A stretch of DNA of 64,000 nucleotides from Callorhinchus milii. Its lineage: Eukaryota. Below the pieces are notes generated by a model. The model saw only the letters and a program-made list of their open reading frames with translations, was not told where the DNA came from and ran no database searches. Each line of letters starts with the position of its first letter. The stretch's first letter is position 1. The DNA lies in NCBI RefSeq assembly GCF_018977255.1, contig NW_024704743.1, positions 94,986,001-95,050,000 on the forward strand, in the 5' to 3' direction. Below are positions 40,001-50,357 of this stretch, in pieces. A program made the position numbers and the translations under genes.

Positions 40001-41689
40001 CGTAATTTTGTTTTAAACCTGTGTCCTCTAGTTCTACTCCCATGGTCTAAGTGAAATAGCCTGCTTACATCTACCTCATCTATGCTTCCTATCATTTTAA
40101 AGACCTGGATTACTAGTCAAAAGACCCAGACTTCATCTAGTCTTATGTCAAGCAGATCCCATTAAGTGCTATAGAAGGCCATATCCATCCAAGCAACTAA
40201 CAGTGACATTGGCTCATAGCCCTACTTTAATGAAAGATGTCCTTCAGCATTTACCAAAGAGAGGAGAAATACTTTGGCAGATTGGAAAAAACAAGGAAGC
40301 CTGCCTCCATAACAAGTCTCCGTATGAAAAGCACTTGTCATTAACTCATCAGAGTACAAATCCAAGTCAGCTCAAAGCAACATGATTTTCAGACAGGCAC
40401 CAGGAACTAGCAGAAGTGAATTGAATCCATTTCTAACACCGTTCTTCCTTTAGAGAAGGAAGGAGACTGCACTTCAATGGAGAAAACTTGCTGAACACTG
40501 TAACTGCAGAAAAGTATTCTGAAATTCAAAGTCTTTGTGTGCTCCCAGCTACCACCAGCTCGAATCCATAATTGATTCGCTCTTGGTCTGGAAAGCTACG
40601 CTCTGTAGGGTGAAGGGTGCTATAAGGGCAAGCTGTTATTTTTATGGTTGTCTTTGGCTCCCTCATTTTTGAGGCCATCAATTAAACCAAAGACCAGAAG
40701 TCGAGTAAATCGATGCTGCACACTCTCTTAGGCCACTCTTTTTAAGCGCTCTGAGACACTACCCAGCTTGGAGGGCGCTATATAAGTGCAAGTTGTTGTT
40801 GTTGGCCATCATATTCTTCCCAAGTTTTGATGCTTAAACCTGCACACAATAATCCAAATGCGGTCTGACTGGCGTTTGATACAACTGTACCATCACTTCT
40901 TGACTCCTGTGTTTCAGCCGCTTTGTGATAAATGCCAACATTGCATTAGCCATTTTGATAACCTTCTATGAGTTACTTTTTAAAGATTTATCAACCTAAC
41001 CACCAAGATCCCTTTGCTCATTCACCCCACAAAGTGTTTCCCCATCACAAATGTAGTCTGACTCAACATTATGAGATGGACCAAAAGTAACCATCTCACA
41101 TTTTGCCACATTGAACTCATTTGCCATAATTCCACCCATTTAACTGTCCGAATCCCTCTGCAATTTTAAACTGCACAGTCTATATTCCTCTGCAATTTTG
41201 ACATTTTCAAAATTTACTACACCTCACAATTTATTGCAAATCTGCAAATTTAGATAGAATCCCTTCTACTCTTCTATGCCTTCATCCAGGTTATTAATGC
41301 AACGGAGTCCACTTTTGGCGCACGCCAGTTAACCCTGGATGCTGGTACATTGAACAAAATGCCTGGCCCTGATTCATTTGTATTCTTACCTGTTTTAATT
41401 ATGCCGGTTGATATCACAAAAATCTGGCTAATCCAGTCAAAATATTGTGCGTGTCGCTGTTGCATGCACTCACTCCAGCCTTCAGTGTGGCCAGCGCCTC
41501 CATTCAGCCATGAGTGGATCCAGGATGGAGATAGGAACAGTCTAAGATTGATTGACAGCAGACTCCAACCATTGTGAGCTCCCCTACCCTCCCCTACCCA
41601 GAGAGAGAGAGAGAGAGAGAGCGGGCGTTATAGATTTCATCTTGCGGCGGTATAGGAAAAGAGACCGTAGTTTCTCCCAGCTGGTGTGT

Positions 41690-43375
41690 GTGCTATAGAG
41701 ATGCACCAAGGGGATAAGGATAGGGAGCAACTTAGGGAAATTTTCATTAGTAGAGAATTGGTGCTAGGGAAACTGTTAGCACTAAAAAGTAACAAATCTC
41801 CTGGTCCGGATGGCTTGCATCCCAGGGTTTTAAAAGAGGTAGCTTATGAGATAGTGGAGGCCTTATGTCTGATCTTCCAAAATTCCTTGGATTCTGGAAC
41901 AGTCCCCATGGATTGGAAGATCGCAAATGTCACACCACTATTTAAAAAAGGTGGAAAGGAAAAGATGGGGAACTATAGGCCAGTTAGTCTCACATCAGTG
42001 ATAGGAAAAATTTTAGAATCATTGATTAAGGATGTGGTAGTGCGGTATTTAGGGGAGCACAATATAATTAGGCCAAGTCAACATGGCTTTACAAAAGGGA
42101 AGTCATGTTTGACAAATCTCATAGAGTTTTTTGAGGATATTTCGAGTAAACTAGATAAGGGTGAATCAGTGGATGTGGTCTATTTGGACTTCCAGAAGGC
42201 ATTCGATAAGGTGCCGCATAAAAGGTTAGTCCAAAAGATAAGGGCCCATGGAATTGGGGGAGCATATTAACGTGGATTGGGGAATGGTTAACGGGTAGGA
42301 AACAAAGAGTAGGGATAAATGGGTCCTTTTCAGATTGGCGGGATGTGACTAGTGGAGTGCCACAAGGATCAGTCCTTGGGCCTCAGCTATTTACCATCTA
42401 CATCAACGATCTAGATGAGGACATCGAAGTTAATATATCTAAATTCGCGGATGACACAAAACTAGGAGGAAGTGTCAACACAGAGGACGACATTAAAAAA
42501 ATGCAGCGAGACATAGATAGGTTAGGTGATTGGGCAGGTAGGTGGCAGATGAAGTATAATGTAGGGAAGTGCAAAGTCATCCACCTAGGTAGCAAAAACA
42601 GTAGAGCGGGTTATTTTTTAGAAGGGGAGAGATTGGAATGTGTTAGCGTCCAGAGGGACTTGGGTGTCCTTGTACACCAATCACAGAAAGTTAGTCTGCA
42701 GGTGCAGCAGCAATTAGGAAGGCGAACGGTATGTTAGCATTCATTATGAAAGGATTAGAGTATAAGAGTAGGGAAGTCTTGCTGCAACTGTATAGGGCCC
42801 TGGTGAGACCACACCTGGAATACTGTGTGCAGTTTTGGTCTCCTTATTTAAGGAAGGATGTACTTGCCTTGGAGGGGGTGCAGCGTAGATTTACTAGGTT
42901 AGTACCAGGGATGAAGGGGATGAGTTACGAGGATAGGCTGACCAATTTGGGCCTATATTCTCTAGAATATAGAAGAATTAGAGGGGATCTTATAGAAACC
43001 TATAAGATCATCAAAGGGCATGATAGAGTAGATAGTAGGAAATTGTTTCCCCTGGTTGGAGAAACTAAAACCAGGGGTCACAACCTTAAAATCAGAGGCC
43101 AGCCCTTTCGCACTGAGTTGAGGAAGAACTTCTTCACTCAAAGGGTGGTGAATGTATGGAACTCACTACCCCAAAGGGCTGTTGACGCTCAGTCCTTGAA
43201 CATGTTCAAAACTGAGATAGATTTCTTATTGCAAAAGGGATTAAGGGATCTGGGGATAAGGCAGGGTTAGGTTATTAGCTGGAGTTAGATTAGAAGATCA
43301 GCCATGATTGAATGGCTGGGTAGGCTCGAAGGGCCGAATGGCCTACTCCTGCTCCTACATGTTATGTTATGTTAT
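41690..43375 (+). mobile_element. Young 5'-truncated CR1 LINE with near-complete RT domain (frameshifted)
   Basis: Motifs [85 protein letters not shown]. Apparent 1-bp deletions near 42260 and 42710. 3' end GGCCGAATGGCCTACTCCTG followed by (ATGTT)n. Confidence 0.95.
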
Positions 43376-43617
43376 ACTTGTGTTAGGCAAGTTTGATTGG
43401 CAGATTGTATTTCTGGGGGTAATAATCCCTTCAAAAAAAATGTTGTCACTTAATCCATGACTGTTTGTGGGACACTGCTGTGCGCAATTGGCGGCTATGT
43501 TTCATCCACAAAAATATACAGTCAATTCACTTTACAGTGTATTCTGTGAAGCGCTTTGAGACGTCTCGAAGATGTGATAAGGCGCTATATCAAATGCAAG
43601 GATTATTACTATTATTC
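43376..43617 (+). mobile_element. 5'-truncated SINE directly after the CR1 tail
   Basis: Family body and tail (GAAGCGCTTTGAGACGTCTCGAAGATGTGATAAGGCGCTATATCAAATGCAAGGATTATT). Confidence 0.85.
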
Positions 43618-46342
43618 ATTCATAGCCGGCTGGAGTGGGGCTGTCAATCAGTGAGGGGGCGAAGGAACGGGAAAGAACCAGGGAAGGAATGGGAGGAGTC
43701 AAATCATGATTGATTGACAGCTGAGCCGCTTGTGAATGGGTGGCGTGTGCCTCCATTCACGAGCATCTCCAAGGCTGTCAATCACCTCAGCGCTGCCACT
43801 AATTGGTCCCCGTGCCGTCCAATGGTAACAACAATGGGAGGGTCTTCTGTGTAATAGTAAAAAGATGACTGGAGAAAGCAAAGGGAAATGAATTCAATAG
43901 CATGTTTACAAAACAGCACGGACTTGCCACATGTTGGGAGCTATTCCCGTGTGTTTACTTCAGTGTTTTGCCTTTTTCCCACACTATTTCAGCTAATCAT
44001 TAGTATGACGAGACAGGACTTGCACACACGGCTCCAGTATTCCCTTATGGTTGGACTCACTTTCGAGCTGCGGTGGTGCTACAATTGGAGTGCCGCTGCT
44101 GCTCCTCTGCTGGGCAGGAAGTGGTAAGAGCACTTTGGCTAACCTCAGACACCTCTTAAGATGGGCAAAACAGCCATCCCCGGCTTAACAGGCTTCCCCT
44201 GTATATATAGTGAAACGTTGGGGCCCCAACACAGATCCCTGAAGAACACTGCTCGTTACTGCACGCTAGCCAGATAATATTCCATTATCCAAACTCTCTT
44301 TCTCCTAACCAATTTAACATCCACACCAACAGGTTTCCTCCAATCCCCTGTGATTTAATTTTAGTCAACATTCATGTAAACAACATCCTTTGACCCTCCC
44401 ATGTCCACCACTTTAGTGACCTCTTCTACCAAGTTTGTTAAGCAGCACCTACCCTTTACAAATCCAAGCTAACTTGCCTTCATCAGCTTGTACTTGTCCA
44501 GTTGGTCATTTACTTTATTCCTTTATGAAAAATTCCAATAGCTAAAGTTAAACTCAAAGGCCTATAGTTATCTACCTTTTTCCTCCCTCCCTTCTTGAAT
44601 AATAGTGACATTTGCAATTTTCAAATCCCCAGGTACAAATCCCGAATCCAGTGAACTTTGAAAATTTTTCAGCTAATTCATCAGCAATTTCTTTGCTTAA
44701 CTCTCGGTGAATTTATTGGTGAGTGACCAATAAAATTTGGTCACTCACTTCATGGCTGTTTGTAGGACATTGCTATCTGCAAATTGTCTGCTGGTTTGCC
44801 CAAAAAACACATAGTTACTGCACTTTACAATAAACATTGTAAAATGCTTTGGGATGTCTTCCTGACATGAAAGGCGCTATACTAAATGTAAGGATTGTTA
44901 TTATTATTATTACCTTCATTGATCTGTCATCAGCCCAGGGACATTCCCCATGGGGCTCTCTGTATAACAATAATAACTTGCATTTATATAGCTCCCCTCA
45001 TGCAGAGTAACGACCAAGAGCGCTTGACAGTGGCGCAGCACGAAGTTGAGCTGGGGGGATGGGGAGGTGGCCGTAAACATGGTCAAATATATCTTGACTG
45101 CCTCTCTTAACCCTGCAATTCCTCTTAGCTATATTCCCCCCACTCCCCAAGTGAGTTATAAAATGCAGTCAGACATCGAGTCTGCTCTACAGTTTCTTCT
45201 TAATAATAAATTGAATGTGTCCATATTTTAAAAATGTTCTCTCCATTGGCATGTGCCTCTGCTGGTGCTCAGCCTCCTCTTGCTGGGGTGCTCTTCCAAC
45301 AGCTGCCTGTTGCCCTCTGAGGCCTCACCCAAGTGGCCATGGTTGATGTGTGAGCCCTTGCTGTGAATGACGGTCAACCTCTCCACTGTAGAGCCTAGCC
45401 TGACCTCTTTTCACCTGGCTGTCACACATGTGCACATCCAGTACAGGGACTAGAAACAGGCACCAAAGCAGGGTTTCCACTCCCTGTCCCTGAGGAAAGG
45501 CCAAAGGCCAATTTAGCCACCTTATGCAGCCTCAGCTGAGAGCAGAAACTCAGCTGCACTTTACAGTAAATCTTGTGAGCACTTTGGAATGTCCTTCTGA
45601 CATGAAAGGTGCTTTACCAAATATTAAGATTGTTATTATTATTATCTTCATTGATGATTATAATTATTATTATTACTCAGACTGGATTCAAACCTGGCCT
45701 GCAAGCTGCAGATCAACATTAAACCATCAGGACTGCCCTGATGCTCTGGGATTTTATTAAATCACGGCAGATCTTCATATATATTTTTTAAATATTTTGA
45801 GTCTGAGCTCTTTATATGTTTAATCAGACAAAGTCCATTTCAGGCCTGAAGTCATTACGGTCGGATTTCATGTTATGTAACAAGTAAGGATTATTTTCCC
45901 TAATTATAAATAAATTGTAGGTGTTCTACAGATAAATCTTTCATGGATTTCTTTATCTCCAATTTCAGCCTTTTTTTAATCCAGTGTAAGAATAGTGATA
46001 CTGTAAATATAGGCAAGTTATACAGTCTGTTGGGGCTCTGTGTTCTGCACCACAGAGTGGTAGGCTATGGTTGTGTGGCCACAAGCCTTGCCTCCCTTCC
46101 CTTGGTGGATCTATATTGCGCTTTGATGGAGAGGCACTGAGGTGAGGCAAGACATTTACCTAGAGATAGGAATGTTAAACTGGAGCATTAGTTACTGTTG
46201 GGCACCCTTCACATCCCACCTCATGTACATAGGCAAAGGCCTGGGGGGAAAGTGAGAGCTGGTGTCCTCTTTGCTTGGTCAGTGGGAGAATGGTGTGTTG
46301 TTGTAGGAAAACAACAACAAATTACATTTGTATAATATAATA

Positions 46343-46570
46343 GTAATAATAATAATCCTTGCATTTGGTATAGTGCTTTTCACGTCTTCTCGACGTCTCA
46401 AAGCGCTTCACAGAATACTGTAAAGTGAATTTACTGTATATTTGTAGGCGAAACACGGCAGCCAATTGCGCACAGCAATTGTCCCACAAACAGATGTGGA
46501 TTGAAAATGACCAATTTATTATTGTTTTTTTTTGGAGGGATTATCATTAGGTGTGTGGAGTAAGGAAACA
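46343..46570 (-). mobile_element. Young SINE, headless
   Basis: Matches the body and tail of 36313-36590. Confidence 0.8.
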
Positions 46571-46838
46571 CCTTTCACGTCAGGACATCCCAATGGAAAG
46601 GGAGTGAATTCTGGCTGCTGTATTAAGATAGCTAAGGCAAACGGTGGGAAAGATATGCAAAAGAAGATTTTAAATAATTGAGATTATTTTCCTACAGTAT
46701 GTTAAAAATACAAGACATCACAAAAGTAACTGTTAAAGTTTATTGTTTTCAGTATCTGCATTCGATCAATATGAGCAGTGTACCCGGATATACCGTGTTC
46801 AGTATCTAGATATAAATATGAGCAGTGTATACAATGTG

Positions 46839-47440
46839 TTCACACACGCATTCATAACATCCAGGCTTGACTATGCAAACTGCCTGCTTGACGGTCTGCC
46901 CGATTCCTCCCTCCGTAGGCTGCAGATCACCCAGAACTCTGCAGCCCGTGCCCTCTCCTGAACCAGGCTCCGTGACCCTAACACTCCCATCCTCGTCCAA
47001 CTCCCATCACACAGAGGATGCAGTTCAAGATCCTGGACCTCACCTTCAAAGTCCTCCATAGCTTTGCTCCCCACTACCTGTGCAACCTCCTGACCCCCTA
47101 ATAACCTGCCCGTTCCCTCCGCTCAGTGGGCTCCGACCTGCTTTACGTTCCCCGCCTCGCCCGCCCCACCATTGGTGGGCGGTACTTCAGCCTCTCTGCT
47201 CCCACCCTCTGGAACTCCATCCCGCAGTCTCTCCACCTCACCCCTTTCCTTACCTCCTTCAAGACCCATCTCAAGACCCTCCTCTTCGACCGTGCCTTCG
47301 ATCACCCTCCTTCTCCCACTGCCCTCCACCCTACCTGATCCTGACCCACAGCTCGGGTCCGAAACACTGACTGTCCAGCGCCATGAGACATTCTCCTGAC
47401 ATGAAAGGCAATATACAAATGTAATTTTGTTGTTGTTGTT
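46839..47440 (+). mobile_element. L2 LINE 3' fragment
   Basis: HAFITSRLDYAN.LL.GLP..LQITQNSAARAL and a (TTG)n tail. Confidence 0.9.
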
Positions 47441-47476
47441 ATTCAGTATTTAATGTAGTTGTTCTAAGGATCTAAA

Positions 47477-48492
47477 GGTCCTCTTTCTGATCTACATGCT
47501 CCCTCTTGGGGATGTCATCTGCAGACATGGGGTACATTCCACGTGTATGTGGACGACACCCAGCTCTTTTTTTTACCTCTCTTTGCGACCCCCAGTCCCC
47601 TGATGTTCTGTCAGCTGCCTGTCAGATCTCAGGGGCTGGGTGAGCGCAAATTTCCTTCAGCTGAACGTTGACAAGACGGAAGCCATACTCTTTGGCTCTC
47701 GTCAACATTTAAAATCTCACGGCTCTCACCTCCTCCACCTATCCGACCTCCCACTAAAACTCTCTGAACCTGTATGCAACCTAGGCATCAGGTTCGACCC
47801 CCAATTATCCTTCCTCCCCCACATCCAGTCCCTCATCAGCACTGCCTTCATCCACCTCCGACATATCGCCCGTCTCTGCCAATATCTTTCTCTGAGAGTC
47901 GCTGAAACCTTAGTCCATACCTTTGTCACCTCTCGGCTGGACTATTCTAACACCCTCTTCCCCGGTCTCCCCTCCACTACCATCCATAAAATCCAGATCA
48001 TTCAAAACTCTGCCTCCCGCATTCTCACCCGCACCAAATTCCGCTCCCCGTTCACCCCAGTCCTTGCCAGACTGCACTGGCTGCCTATCCCAGAGAGGAT
48101 CGACTTCAAGATCCTCACCTTTGCATTTAAATCCCTCCACTCCTCTGCATCCCCCTACCTCTCTGACCTCCTCTGTCCTCAAAACAGTACCTGTTGCCTT
48201 CGTTCCTCCGGGTCTGGCCCCCTCCTCGTCCCCTGAGTCCTCCGCTCCACCCTCGGCAGCCGTGCCTTCAGCCACTATGCCCCGAGGCTCTGGAATTCCC
48301 TTCCTCACTCCCTTCACATCGCTCCCTCTCTTCCTATTTTCAGGTCCCTGCTGAAGAACTTTCTCTTTGACCGCACCTTTGGTCACCTTCCTCCCCCTCC
48401 CCCTGGCTCAGCCCTGGGATCCGTTACTGTGAAGCTCTCTGAGACGCCATCCGGCGTGGAGGGCGCTATATAAATCCAAGTTGTTGTTGTTA
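47477..48492 (+). mobile_element. L2 LINE fragment with RT C-terminal half
   Basis: LFLIYMLPLGDVI..HVYVDDTQL, NFLQLNVDKTEAI, FVTSRLDYSN, QNSASRIL, LHWLPI; (TTG)n tail. Confidence 0.92.
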
Positions 48493-49469
48493 TAAGTTTC
48501 GCCCACACATTACAGTCAATCCACTTTACAGTTTATTCTATGAAGCGCTTTGAGATTTCTCCACAACGTGATAAGGAGCTATATCAAATACAAGGATTAT
48601 TTATTACTAAATACAAGCAGTGTATGTAGGGGATCAGTATCTAGATATAATACGAGCAATGTATATAATGTGATCAGCAACCAAGGAGCTAATCTGAAAC
48701 ATTGTAAATCAGAGTCAGGGCACAGATTTTCCCTTGTTTGTCAGATAAAAATCATTATACAGTTGTAAAGTTATACAGTTGAAGAAATGAAGTTGAAACT
48801 CTACTGTGATGTCCAATAAACCTCTAGTATTGTCTTTATAAAATGGTGCTGATCCAGTAGTGAAGGAGAGGGCGGGAGTAACCATTCTCCAGATGTCAAG
48901 GGGTGTTTAGTACTTGGCGATAATTTACGAATGGCTCGGATTTTGCGGCTTTTTGGATATTGATTTGATGTTCTCACACTGCAAACTCCACCTCAATGTG
49001 TCAATGAATGACTTGAAATAGAAGTGCTTTAAATATGCAAAATATGTTAATTATCAACTACTTTTCTTCATCAAACTGAGAAAATCCTCCTTTTATGAAA
49101 TGTGCAGGACACCCTGACCAAAGAAAAACGCATTTGATTCCTGTGCCTATTTAAAAACAATGCTGATTATTTGACAGATTGAAGTTTCTAAATGCAATGA
49201 AATCAAATTAAGTACACCACTTGCTCTACCGTCTGCTAAACAAGAGGAATCCTGTTCAAATGCCTGTTGCTATGGTATCACCATGTTCTAAGTTGCTAGT
49301 CATCACCTGGGTGCAATTCTTGTTTATACACTTTGATTTTTCTGGTTTCTCATTTAAGCAGCATAGGAAAGTATGCAGGGTCTCCTTGATGTAATGTAGG
49401 TTAATATTCTTTGTGACAGATAGTCTCAATTTCCTGGTATACTATACATGGCCTTAAAAAAAAGGACCT

Positions 49470-50357
49470 GCAGAATGGACAACTGATGGGGACCCAGGCA
49501 AGGATAGGGTTGATAGGCTTGTGGAACCACAGGTGGGATGCGCTGCAGAGTTCTGAATAGTCTGCAGCATGTGGAGAGAGGAGTTAGGAAGTCTTTTGTG
49601 CAGACCGTTGGCATAGTCAAGCCTGGACATGATTAAAGCATAGATAAGGGTCTCAGCAGACCATGGAGCAAGGAAGTGAAGGAGGTGGGCATTTTTGCAG
49701 AGGTGGGGAAAGCTCAATGGATTAAGGCACAGATGTGGGGTTTAAAGGACGGTTGAGAATCGAACAAGATACAGAGATTCTCCACTGTTTCCGTAAGGTG
49801 GAGAGTGCATCCATGTAGATTCGTATTGTCAGCGCTTAATGTGAGGAGGTGCTGATAGGAGCCAAGCAGGAGGGCCTCTGTCTTGTTGACATTCAACTCG
49901 AGAAAGTTAGCTCTAATCCAGGACTTGATGTCTGACTGGCAATCAGTCAAAAACACAGTGGTCCTGGAATCGAGGGTGGAGGCAGAGATAGATTTGAGTA
50001 TCAACCACATACATGTAGAAGTTAACCTCATTCCTCAAGATGACATCACCGAGAGGGAGCATCTAGGTATTAAAGAGCACTGAAAATAGAGCCCTGAGGA
50101 ATGCTGCACGCGACTGTGCGTGGGTGGGAGGAGAACACATTGGCAGATATGAAGTGGAGACACTGGAAAAGTTAAGAATGAAACCAAGCAAGGACAGAAC
50201 TGCGAAGGTGGAGCTGAGAGAAAGGCGGTGGAGAAGAATAGAATGGTTAACCATGTCAAACTGTCAAAGGCAAAGGAGAGGTCAAGAAGAATGAGGAGAT
50301 AGTGAGCCCTGGTCACAGATGGAGAGGATGTCAAAGGTGACTTTGACCAGGGCAGAT
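49470..50357 (-). mobile_element. Older L2 LINE RT fragment
   Basis: LLILLDLSFAFD, NHSILLHRL, DIKSWIRANFLELNVNKTEALL, SRLDYAN and QNSAA on the minus strand, with many frameshifts. Confidence 0.88.

Larger units (their letters stand above)
41300..44201. mobile_element. Candidate non-autonomous pogo/Tigger-like DNA transposon, itself interrupted
   Basis: The insertion precisely splits the old CR1. Flanks are TG (41298-41299) and TA (44202-44203), consistent with a decayed TA duplication. The right end read inward is CAGGGGAAGCCTGTTAAGCCGG. The left end is a degenerate match and includes GCCAGTTAACCCTGGATG. Confidence 0.5.
40808..44700 (-). mobile_element. Old CR1 LINE split into 40808-41298 and 44203-44700 by later insertions
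   Basis: The minus strand of the left part matches VRPHLDYCVQ..K.AD..NLDE. The right part continues exactly where it broke off (QGSVLGPQ.FTIY; GFVKGRCCLTNL). A further 3' piece probably lies at ~39870-40110. Confidence 0.75.

Noticed and set aside
41686..43270. RT ORFs as a host gene or a novel RT-based system
   Set aside because: Ordinary 5'-truncated CR1 ORF2 with frameshifts and a typical CR1 3' tail.
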